Part shown: positions 31,501-41,850 of the stretch, one piece after another
Layout of the letters: every line of letters starts with the position of its first letter
Position numbering within the stretch: the stretch's first letter is position 1
Source: Tubiluchus corallicola
Lineage: Eukaryota > Animalia > Priapulida
Direction: 5' to 3'
Assembly (NCBI GenBank): GCA_030141605.1
Contig: JAQGDQ010000050.1
Span: forward strand, 321,971 to 385,970
Length of the DNA: 64,000 nucleotides
Notes under the pieces: generated by a model
What the model was told of the DNA's origin: nothing
Databases searched by the model: none
What the model saw: only the letters and a program-made list of their open reading frames with translations
Position numbers and translations under genes: made by a program

Positions 31501-34500
31501 GTCTGTTGAAGCGCTGCACTTTTATTCTCCGTTTGAAACCCTGGCTTTACTTGATTGATGTAAATTCGCCACCAGTGACTAAGCATTTTCGATTCATAAT
31601 CAGTTTCGTAGGTGGCGCCACGTGCCTGCAAATTGGACTAAGTATGTTGTCCCATGGTTTTCGCGAACCTATAAAGTGAACAACTTTAACATGATTACCA
31701 AATTGTTTAACAGCAGGTAAATAACCGTAAGCACCCTTCAAGACAGCATTATATGCAGAAGGCAGATGTTTATGAAAATCTGTACCCCAGGTATTGAAAT
31801 ATAAATTTAACAAGCCCTGGTCCCCCACCATCAAATGAACTAGCATCTGTCTGTGCAAACGATACAAGTTTTTCATAGGTCCTTAGACTAGGCCTAAATA
31901 TAAACACCCCAATATTAAAGTAGTCGGGCCACCCGACATCTGGAGCAGCAGAGAGCTCCTCATAATTGAACAGATCATCAATGTTACTTAATACTAACAT
32001 ATCTGAGTCCATAAAAACACATTTACTGAACTGAGTTAACTGCCGACAGTGTAACTTAGTAAATGTAATATTTAACTCAGGCCTACCCAATAAAAGTAGA
32101 TTTTCAGTATTATGACTATCAATCAAATTTACATACTCAACGTAATCAAATTTATTTTTAAGTTGCTCTACTATAACGTGAGAAACCTCTTTTGTGATCA
32201 TCACCACCAAGCGATGCTTCGTTTTAACCTCCTGTAGACTGCATGCCAGCACCAGCGCTCCTAATGCGTACTTGTCATTTGTGACCGAAGGCTTCTTTTA
32301 AGCAGCTCTGTTCCTCCTTAGGTGTGACTTCATTTGAAACCTCGTTTGCAAGGACGTCGGATGTCTGTAACCAGTCAGCTACCTTCTGTTTACAGCTTTC
32401 ACCAGCAGATGGCGCCACATCCTGCCTGGACTCGACCTCGTCGTGACTGTCGTCATCATTAGCACCACCAACTGAAGCCATCTCTACCTGCAGGTGTTCG
32501 TGTCTCAGCTTCATGGCCTGAAGTTTGAGCTCCTGTTCACGAATTTTCAGCTCCTGACTCTTCAGCTTTTTTGCGCTGTCTTTGCTGCCTTTGGTCGTGG
32601 ACCTGGTAGATGTTCTTAAAACACTTGCAGAAGTTGAAGCTCCAACAGTAGCACGCCCGTCATCAGTGCCAGTTTGCCGTGTTGACGACTCTTTAAAACC
32701 GACTGTCACTATACCACCGGGTTGGCCGTCTGCACCAGCTAATTTACTGAGGCCAAGCTCTCCAAAACTCGCCGCACCAACTCTGCTTTACTACCAGCTA
32801 CCATCAAGCCTTTTTGGCGTAAAATTGTTCGCAACTGTTCAACAGTTTTAATTTTTAACTCTTGCTCTCTTTGTCGATACATTGTCTTGCTTTTCTCAGG
32901 CCTGGAAAGATCTGGCTGTGCGTTAAAGTAAAGACCGCCCTATATGCAAAGTAGGTTCACGCACCAGCCTATAGTATACTAGGCTGTCCACGTAGGCCAA
33001 CTGTACAAAACAAACCATAAACAAATGACAAAAAATAACACTAGCCAAAAGTCAATTTTACATAATTCAGAGTTTCACACTGCACCGTCGCATTAATCAA
33101 TAAATAGTTGTTATCTAATAGTAAATTTAAATTTTATAAAGTAATTAGAGTATATACGTACATTATTAGCCCCAAACCATAAGCAATTGCAACAGATAAT
33201 GACAACATCTTATCAACCCACCATGACACGTCCTCACTTCACAGTAGGCCTCTGACACCGATCAAACTGAACACGTGACCAGGCCAAAAATCACCACAAG
33301 GTGGCTAAAGCCAACAACAAGCGAAGGCCGCAAAGCACGCCAATGCAAGATTTCCAGTACAACAGTGATTTAGGAACTGCTATGTGGAAGAATGCTCTAC
33401 TGATGACAAACTCAAATTCCAAGTGTAAATCAATAATATAGTTGCCAAACAAATCAAATACCTGGAGCATTTCTCAAATAATTGTTAGTTGAAATAGTTA
33501 CATCATCCTACCAATATGCTGAGATCACAAATCGAATGCGAGTCAAGTTTGGAAGTTGTTGAATTACGTTAAGGATCTTTAAGGAAAGCAGTAAACATGG
33601 TATATAGCATAATCAGCAGTACACATATACGAGAATGAACTATAGGCACTCGAGCTGTGTAGCTTTGCATTAAAGGTGCACTAAATGCACATTTTCATAC
33701 CTGACACACAGCCGATTTTTTATGCTGGGATGCCACTGAACCGAAGCTTAACCGAATGATCGGCCGTGCTGCCGAACCGAATTCCGAATAAAATATCAAG
33801 TTAAATTGGAGTACCGAACTGAATTTTTTAAAACTAACCAAATTTTCTTGTTGTTCCAATTGAAAAGAATTATAAACTCTATAATGTTTTATCGTTCTTC
33901 TTTAGTGGTGATTGGTGAGCTGTATAAAATTGCTCTGATTACTAAATCTGTGTTTGTAGGCCTATTTAACGGTTAAAGCTAGGTAGCCATAACTCTTTCA
34001 TAAGCTGTTCAAACTATTTTGTGTAATCAACAAAAACAGTATTTATGCTAAACTGAAATAACATAATTGTTTGCTACCCGGGTTTCTCATTGATTTATTT
34101 TTCGTGTAAAAGGAAATACAGCACTTCCACGCTGTTGCACATTGACACGACTTCTGTACCGACGTTGCATCGCATTCATCGAATTATCATACAGAAACAG
34201 AGAGCAAAATATCAGCTGTTGTGCAATGTTCACTGTTTACTATCACCTTTTTTCGATAAATTTTTATAAGCATTATAGGCAAATATTCGGTACGTTTAAT
34301 ATAATTTTCACCAGATGTGACAATAATTCAAAAGTAACTACAGTATACCAAAAATTCATTGAACCTTTAGTGATTACAACTGAAGCCTAAACAAATTTTT
34401 GCATTATATGTAACACATATAAAAAATGAATATTAAACACTCTACCCAGTTTGTTTTAGCACTCTATAACAGACTTGCCGACTCTCATATATTAGGCCTG

Positions 34501-35292
34501 TGTCACGCACATTTTAAGTCTCTCACATGCTCACGCGCATCAAATTCCAGTTCTTATGCAATTCGCAACTTCACACAACATCACACACAAGTTTGCAAAG
34601 CACTAGGCTTCCTTTGCCATCAGTACCAACCACAACAATATTATTAGTAGAACTACTCTCAGTAGTACATAGGTTCATGTGTTTCGTGATATATATTACA
34701 CTAAATGTATTACAATTATTGAAAATTAAGCATTTTGATGCTATTGTGCTTTTTTCATTAGTACAAAAGAATAATTATAATAATAATAAAGCACAGTGAA
34801 CAGCAACAACAGCATAAGAAAACTCGGTAGTACCAGAAAATTGCCTTTTTTGGTTTAATTTTTTTGATAGTTTGACTTTGATACCAAAAAATGCAAAAAT
34901 TTCACACGTTTCACACCCACTTTTACATCAAATACCTGACAGGTTTGGTAGAGCATACCTAGGTTTCACACTTCGCCTGTAACTCATAGTCTTACATTAT
35001 TCAAAATTCACACCCTATTATAACTTTATAATTACTATGTAGTATTAGTATCACAAAAGTATATTACAGATTTTAGATTCAGATACCTGTATAATTGGTC
35101 AAGAGACGTATCGTGCTTGTCTAAAGCCCTGCAACAAACATTTGTCCTTAATTTTTGCAGTTCAGCTAACTGGGTACTGTAATTTTCTGGGTTATCAGCG
35201 CTACTAAATGTCGAAGCTATAAAATTAGCTAAAGGTCTATGTAAATCAACCTCAACAGCTTTCTTTAACGGCACGGAAAGAAAGGTGGACAT
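22567..35292 (-). CDS. PDCD6IP: Programmed cell death 6-interacting protein (ALIX; Bro1, V and proline-rich domains), two coding exons, ~855 aa
   Basis: Exon 1 is 35292-35087 ([21 protein letters not shown]...DQLYR, donor GTATCT). Exon 2 is 24928-22567 (acceptor TTTTAG; YHDQ...[53 protein letters not shown]-rich tail). The phase-2 junction restores the frame. Confidence 0.96.
26538..26719 (-). repeat. 3' LTR remnant of the BEL/Pao element, truncated at both ends
   Basis: About 180 bp directly repeating 33012-33199, with roughly 5-6 substitutions and one 6-bp indel counted by eye. It abuts the integrase C-terminus with no polypurine tract. Confidence 0.9.
31649..32295 (-). pseudogene. Captured intronless glycogenin (glycosyltransferase family 8) catalytic domain inside the retrotransposon Gag
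   Basis: Translation: [20 protein letters not shown]...[68 protein letters not shown]...[15 protein letters not shown]...KHLPSAYN...[26 protein letters not shown]. This is colinear with animal glycogenin-1. Frameshifts lie at ~32286 and in the G5 run at 31822-31826. Confidence 0.95.
32739..32882 (-). pseudogene. SAP-domain N-terminus of the BEL/Pao Gag (short ORF below the ORF-track cutoff)
   Basis: ATG at 32882 gives [42 protein letters not shown], matching the SAP pattern TVxxLRxxLxxxGLxxxGxKAELVxR. A 1-nt frameshift near 32742 joins it to ORF 32275-32709. Confidence 0.8.
32917..33364 (-). repeat. 5' LTR of the BEL/Pao element (ends inferred)
   Basis: Contains the copy at 33012-33199. Candidate TG start is TGTTGTAC at 33364 (alternative TGTTGTC at 33207). 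Candidate CA end is near 32917, just upstream of the Gag ATG at 32882. Confidence 0.7.
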
Positions 35293-36497
35293 TTTCACGG
35301 TGATTTACTGAAGATTATATTATATCTTTTTTTCCTAAACCACTCAAAATCTTTCGCGGACACAGTAAATAAAAACAATCATAAGCTCATAGCATGAGCA
35401 TGACTCATGACTAACGCGATCACATCACATCGTCTGAGCGATTTTAAGCTACCTGCACGACTGCTTTCATCCAAGCACAAATGCTGCAAACCAATAACGA
35501 AGCTGAAAGACATAAAATAATGTGTGTTGCTTTCCAAATCTTTTTTATGCAAGTCGTTTTTTCACATAACTATACTTATGCAAAACTAGTTAACAGACAT
35601 TGTTATTGTTATCGATGTTTTGGAGTACTAGAACCGGATTCATGTACTGCACTTCACAACAGTTTCGTTGTCTTAAGTGGTATTTAGGCACGTGGACATA
35701 TTTGGCTCTAATTCATGTAGAGGTCTTATCTCCTTAGTCGCAACTAGCTTTCATGTGACTAAGAAAGTTAAGTCGAATTCAAGTAGGCGACTTAAGACAT
35801 CATTTATTCGCACATAAGTTGTGCGCACTTAGCAATTTAGTATGGGATTCATTAAAGGAAAATCTGATGATTGTGTAAACATTAGTTCAGAATAAAGAAT
35901 GCTCTAAAATATTGAAAACTACAATAGCTTTTTTTAAATCAAAGCTTAGCTTGGATACCCAAATTTAGTTAAACTTTCAAAGCTACACACGGCTCAGTGA
36001 ATCTACTCAGATGGCAGTGGCACCTTTTTGTCACATTCGCATGGTCAACAAATAGAAGGCGGTACCGTGATAACCATGATCATGACTGCAGTGTTAGTTT
36101 CTGACGTCATAAGACATAGAGCTCATTTTCATGACATCACGCATTTAAACAGTAACTCTTGTGCAAGCGTGCTTGATGCGCAACGGAAGATGCTTACCAT
36201 TGTACAAACTGTAGTTAGTTTCTGCCATAAGCAATAGCTGTGCTCGGTTACCGTTAATTTACGTTCAAAGCTAATTATTCAAATATAAGAAACAACTGCT
36301 AACTTTTACAGGCAAGAAAATGTATATTTCGGACAGTAAATTGAAATGACATTGAGTCTAAACAATCGTCCGGTCTTCCTTTAAATAAATTTTGTCCGTG
36401 GTTGAATAGTGTAGTTTTCGCTTCGTCTCAGAATTATATTGGTCAATATTTTGGAATATGGGAGCTAAATAAGTTACTAAATAAAAGTTACTATTGA

Positions 36498-37000
36498 TCT
36501 TCTCTTCTCTTTTTGTTTCTTTTCTTCTCTTCTCTTTTTTCTCTTCCCATCCCTTCCCTTCCTTCTTTTTTTTCTGCCCGCCTATACAGTACTTACTCTT
36601 AATAAAAGTTAACAAACAATTGAGCAGTTTCTTTTTTGAGTCTCGTATTTTTTGTTGTTCTCATCTCTTTTCTTTCATTCTCTTCCTCTCCATCCCTTTC
36701 CTCCTTTTCGCTGCTCTTTTCTTTCATTCTCTTCCTTTCCATCCCTTTCCTCCTTTTTGCTGCTCTTTTCTTTCATACCCTTCGCCTTTGTTGTCTCATC
36801 TCGTCTTATCTCTTTTTCCTCTTCCCTTCCCTTCCCTTCCCTTCCCTTCATTCCTTCTCTTCTCTTTGTCTTTTCATTTCTCTTTTCTTCACTCTGCTTT
36901 TTACTTCTCCTTTCTCTTTTCTTTTTTCTGCCCTTCCTTCTCTTCTCTTGCTTGTCTCTCTTCACTTCAATCTCTTGTTCTCTTCTCTCCTCTCACCCTT
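36498..37000. repeat. Polypyrimidine low-complexity tract with a short internal tandem duplication
   Basis: CT-rich; CTCTTTT(T)CTTTCATTCTCTTCCT...CCATCCCTTTCCTCCTTTT repeats at ~36665-36775. Confidence 0.85.
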
Positions 37001-37241
37001 TGTCATTGTTACATTTCACAAAAGGAAGACGACAGTTTTTGTGTCGTCTAAAAGGTTCTGGGTTTAAAGAAAATGTAGATTAATAAACCAGCAACCTTGT
37101 TATGTTTCTGTACTACATGTGATGGTCTTCCCCTTGTGTCACATGAATTTTGTCATGATGACATAAAATCAAAATCAAAATTATAATGTAATAATTGTAT
37201 ACTTTCGTCTTTTTATTAGGCTTAAAATATAAAAAGATGCA

Positions 37242-37243
<2 letters not shown>

Positions 37244-37314
<71 letters not shown>
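37244..37314. repeat. (TC)n microsatellite at the truncated 3' end of the Gypsy element
   Basis: Directly visible. Confidence 0.97.
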
Positions 37315-37316
<2 letters not shown>

Positions 37317-40300
37317 GAGGGAGAGGGTCCTCTGGTCCAACAGGTTTGTCTGTTTGTTTGAAATCCACGTGTTTGGGTGACTGTAAGGTTGAATTATTAG
37401 GGCGTTGGTTTGTTTTAGGTGGCAAAGTGGTTGATGTTGCAGGTTTCTCAACTGGTAAGCATCTGTCATTGTAAGCAAGGTCAGTATCAATAGAGATACT
37501 GGGGCGTGGTGGATGAATTGGTTCATATTTCCGAAGAAAACGTCTATTCCGAAGTGTTACTCTGCCCGAGCCATCCACCTTGATGACATATTGGTCATAT
37601 TGACGGACTTCAATGACTATACCAGACTTGTCCCATTTGGTAGGATGTTTCCCAGTCTGATTTTGTAATTGTACCTTGTCACCAACAACTAGTGGGGGTA
37701 AGCGTTTTGTGTGTTCAGTCCACCGTTCCGATGCTTTCATGTGTCTGTTACGCAAGGCTTCTTCTCGGGCTAGTAGTGATTCCTGCCAAGTGTTATGAGG
37801 TTGGTATTATAGGGATGAAGTCTCGTATAGGGCGGCCAAACAGACACTGGGCAGGTGAGAATTTGGTATCTCTGTCTGGGCAGTTTCTGTACTGCAGGAT
37901 TGCTCGTTGAAACAAGTCTGTATTAAGGTCTCCCTGGGGGCCAGTATTATTCATAATCATGCGCTTAACGGTCTTAACACCTAATTCGGCTCTACAATTG
38001 CTGTGAGGAAAGGCAACCGAAGAGAGATGATGATGGACACCCCAGTCTGAAAAAAAATGGCGTGTTTGGAATGAAATAAATTCTGGGCCACCATCTGAGG
38101 CCAGTTCCTCAGCAATGCCGTAAGTGACAAAAACTTGGCGGAGGCAGGCAATGAGACCAGTGGCCCCAATTGGAGAACGTTCGACAATGGGCCAGTTGGA
38201 ATAACGGTCAACAACAATGAGGTAGTAGACGCCCTTGTAATGAAAGAAGTCAGCGCAGATGCACTGAAATGGGTATACCGGCAAAACTGGGGGAACGGGC
38301 GGTGCTGCCGGTTGTTAGGGTGCAATACTGTTGCATTCTTGGCAACGACTTCGAAGTGCTGATATGGCTGTCGTTATGCCTGGCCAGAATACTGATGATT
38401 CTGCACGAGAAATCATGGATGAGACCCCTTGGTGTGCTGCATGGAGTGATGAAAGCACAGTGTCACGTAGGCATGGCGAATAACGATGCGCTCTTTATTG
38501 AGAATAACACCATCGATGGTGTGGAGGTGTTCCCTGAACTGGTAATACTCACGTATTGGAGCTGGGAACTCCTGACGTGCTTCTGGCACGTTAGTTTCTA
38601 TGATGTCTCTTAATAAGTTCATGGTGGTGTCACTTGTTGTAGCAACTCGGACCATATCCCATATCACTGATTTGAAGTTTGCAAGCTTTGTGGCAGCTGA
38701 ACATATTAAGGATGTCTCAAAGGAATCTGAAGGCGTTTCCTGACAACGAATACCTTCCAAAAAGAAAGTAGGTAGGTTTGGCAAGGTAATATTAGTGTCC
38801 TGTCGAATTGTGGCAATGTCGTCAGGCAAAGGCATATCACCAGCATGGCCAGGGCAAGACGGGTGTCGAGAGATGCCATCTGCAGCTCGATGTTTTGCTC
38901 CAGGGACATGTATGACCTGGAATTTGAAACGGAGCGTCTTTTCCTTCAGATTCCTAAGGCGAGGGTTGGGCATGTCATCAAGGGATCTGTTGCTGAAGAT
39001 CTTGAGCAATGGTTTGTGGTCCACTGCAATAGTCAGGTTTGTACAACCCAGGACAAAGTACCTAGCTTTTTGAAGGGCATCTGCCACTGCTAGGGCTTCA
39101 CCTTCAATTGGGGCATATCGTGATTCTGCTGGTGTGGTGAATCGGCTTCCCACAAGAGTGATTTTCCACCCAGTACGGCAACAAAAAGGAGTTGATTTGG
39201 GGCATTTGCAGTGTTTTTGGAGCAGCCAGAAGCCAATGCCTGACTTTGACCAATCAGTGGCCAAGCATGTCGGCCGTGTTTTATCGAAAATTCGAACACC
39301 GTCTTCTATTTCCTGAACAATGAGTGCCTTGGACTCATTAAATATCTCATCTAGTTGTGCATTCCATGTGAATGGGGTCCCGGGTTTCAGGAGTGCACGG
39401 AATGGAAGCATTCGGTCAGCCATACTGAAAACATAACTAACTTGGTTTATTACGCCGAACCAGGATCGAACATCAGTGATGTTTTTTGGAGTGGGAAATT
39501 TTAGTATAGCTTGGAGATATCGCCGACAAGGGCGGACACTATTGGGTGTAATTTCAAATCCTGCAAATTCAACTGTGTCTTCAGCAAAGATGAACTTGTC
39601 AGGTTTAAGAGTGATGCCATGACGGCCACATATGTCAAGCCATTCTATTGCCTGGAAAAAGCTTTCTTTGATTGTAGGTGACCAGAGGAGTGTGTCATCA
39701 ATACATTTTGTGTGACGGGGTACGTGTGACACAATCTCGTCATAGCGTCTTGAGTAACCATCACCCGAAGCAATGTAGCCCTGAGGGGCTGTTTTGTAGC
39801 GATATCGGCCCCACGGAGTGATAAACGTAGTAAGATGGCGGTCCTCTGCACGGATTGGGACACTGTGGTAGCCATTCCAGGCATCAAGTACCGTTTTCTT
39901 CATGTTTGGGGGTACAGATCTTGCCTGCAGAAATGGTGACTGGGTGTGGTGGGTTTCTCTTGTGACATGAACATTTAGGGCTTGAAAGTCAACAGTTCTG
40001 CGGGGTTGGCCGTTTTTCTTGGGGCATACAATCATTCGATGGCACCAAGTGACAGGTTCGCCAATGGGGACAGGTTCCAAGACTCCTAGGTGGACGTCGC
40101 GATCGATATCTGCTTTGACTTGTTTCTGCCAATGCAAGGCGACTGGGATGGGGTTGTGATGTGCCACGGGGGTGGCATCAGAATTCACCATGAGTTTCAA
40201 AGGGGGCCCTTGCATAAGTGGGAGAGGTTGGTGCTCACATATGTTGAATGTGCTTGCCTTGTAAGTGTTGAGGAGGTACTGTCTCAGTTTTGGCAAATTT

Positions 40301-41850
40301 TCTTGCGTTGGTGAAAATGGCAGTTGGGAGGGTGGTGTAGGTGGCAGCTGTCGTCGTGGACAGTGGCACTCAGATGTCAAACCACTACTGTTTTGTTGGG
40401 GTTTGGATATGTCATGTGTCTCAGATGAAGTGCTGTTTGATGATGATATCTCTAGCGTGTTGCACACCTCACCAATCTTTGGAAAGCTTTCTGTGATCAT
40501 TCCGAGTGCAATACAAGCTTCACGGCTAATGTATAATTTGTTTGAAGTATCGGTGACATATACGATCTGCCTGGTTTCCAGTTGTTTGCCAGCCGTAGAT
40601 GTACCAGTGAATCTTAGGATAGCAGCGCCAAGGATGTTAATAGCATGCGCATGGTGACAGGTATGAGATGTTGCTCTGATATGCCTATGCGAGTGAGGAT
40701 TTTAAGGCTGCACAAGCAACTCTGGCATCCGGTGTCTGCTATTGCTGAAATTATACAAGAATTTGGTTGTCTGCCACAGCGAAAACGAAGGGCTGTGTAG
40801 TCACTTGGGTTTATTGACATGCGCAGTGTAACAAATGGTTGAGGCTTTGATGGTTGGCGTAGCCAACTATTACACATCTGGTCATATAGGTGATGACTAA
40901 GGGGAACTGTACGACGGCTATTTTTTTCATGTACGTGTGGTGTAAATGAACACAATGTATCGAACACAGCTCCCTGTTCACCCATTGAGGTGGATTGTTC
41001 ACGACCTCTGTCACGGTCTGGAGCAGCATATTTTGGCTTATTTCTAGATCTACATACCGGAGCGAAATGGTTTCTGCGACTGCAATATGTACAGGTTTTG
41101 CCGAAAGCTGGACATTTGTCCTGTCGTAATTTAAAATCAGAACCACTTCCATGACCGTGCCTTCCACAGTGGCTGCATGGTTCGGATGTTTTATCTTTGG
41201 CTAGATTGTTTGTTGTTCGTCTGTATGAGCTACGCACTGCTTCAGCATTGTGGGTATCGAAGAGTTTTGAAGCAGATCTTTTTCCAGATTCTCTGCTTTC
41301 AATTAGCATTAATAATTCTTCGATTTCCATGACTTGATTTTTGTCGCCGAGAATGTCCAGTTGGATTTCTGGATCTGCGATGCCGCGTGTTATACAGTCA
41401 CGAATTATTTCGTTGGTATAGCTGACACTGGTGTCGCACTCGGGACATTTCACTTCATAATTGCAGATGCCGGCTTGTCCTCGTAGACGGGCGCAGAATG
41501 CACGGATAGGTTCTTCACGGTCTTGTCGCATATCATGCAATACTACACGAGCCACCATGGTGTTTTCAACGCGAACAGCGAGCTTTTTGATAGCATTAAG
41601 AACTACATCTTCTGCTTTGCCACTGAGACTGCCACAGCAGTGAGATCTTTACGTAACGTTTCATCACAACATTCTAATAATTGAATTACTCTGTCTTTAC
41701 CAGTGATACCAGTGGCATCTACGTATTCTTGCCAACGTGTGGTAAAATATGCCCATTCTTCGCTGGTACCGGCGGCAGATACAGTAGGCCTTTTCACTTT
41801 TTCAATTTTCGCAGTTGGAGCAGAATGTGCAGAGTGAAAGACATGGATTA
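37315..41850 (-). mobile_element. Gypsy/Ty3 LTR retrotransposon gag-pol (Mag-like), slightly decayed, no LTRs recognised
   Basis: Gag (EEWAYFTTRWQEY; CCHC knuckles CSHCGRHGH, CPAFGKTCTYC...HFAPVC), protease IADTGCQSCL, RT (RRTVDFQALN, LDAWNGYHSV, TTFITPWGRY, PQG, CIDD), RNase H (TDWSKSGIG, ESRYAPIEGEALA, DHKPL) and integrase ([29 protein letters not shown]). Frameshifts near 41600, 40630 and 38450, and an in-frame stop at 37793. Confidence 0.93.

Larger units (their letters stand above)
26533..33364 (-). mobile_element. Degenerate BEL/Pao LTR retrotransposon in ALIX intron 1, same orientation as the host gene, carrying a glycogenin domain in Gag
   Basis: Domain order on - strand: SAP, coiled coil, glycogenin, Gag ([12 protein letters not shown]; zinc knuckles CILC...[11 protein letters not shown]...C, C..EGC..KH..LLH), protease (ALLDNGS), RT ([28 protein letters not shown]), RNase H ([11 protein letters not shown]), integrase ([33 protein letters not shown]) and C-terminal FWRRW..EYL. 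Flanked by direct repeats. Many frameshifts, stops and an internal Gag deletion near 31190. Outer boundaries are approximate. Confidence 0.95.

Noticed and set aside
31547-32252. A functional host glycogenin gene nested in the ALIX intron
   Set aside because: It has no own start codon, introns or C-terminal tail, is frameshifted, and is embedded in the retrotransposon ORF.
32826-32840. TGTTC...AACA as the inner end of the 5' LTR
   Set aside because: This sequence lies within the SAP-domain coding region starting at ATG 32882, so the LTR must end further out.
35395-35412. AP-1-like TGACTCA upstream of ALIX
   Set aside because: A single 7-mer is too common to support a regulatory call without conservation data.
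36358-37526. F/S/L-rich, K/E/R-rich and ER-repeat ORFs
   Set aside because: They arise from CT-rich low-complexity DNA and the (GA)n array.
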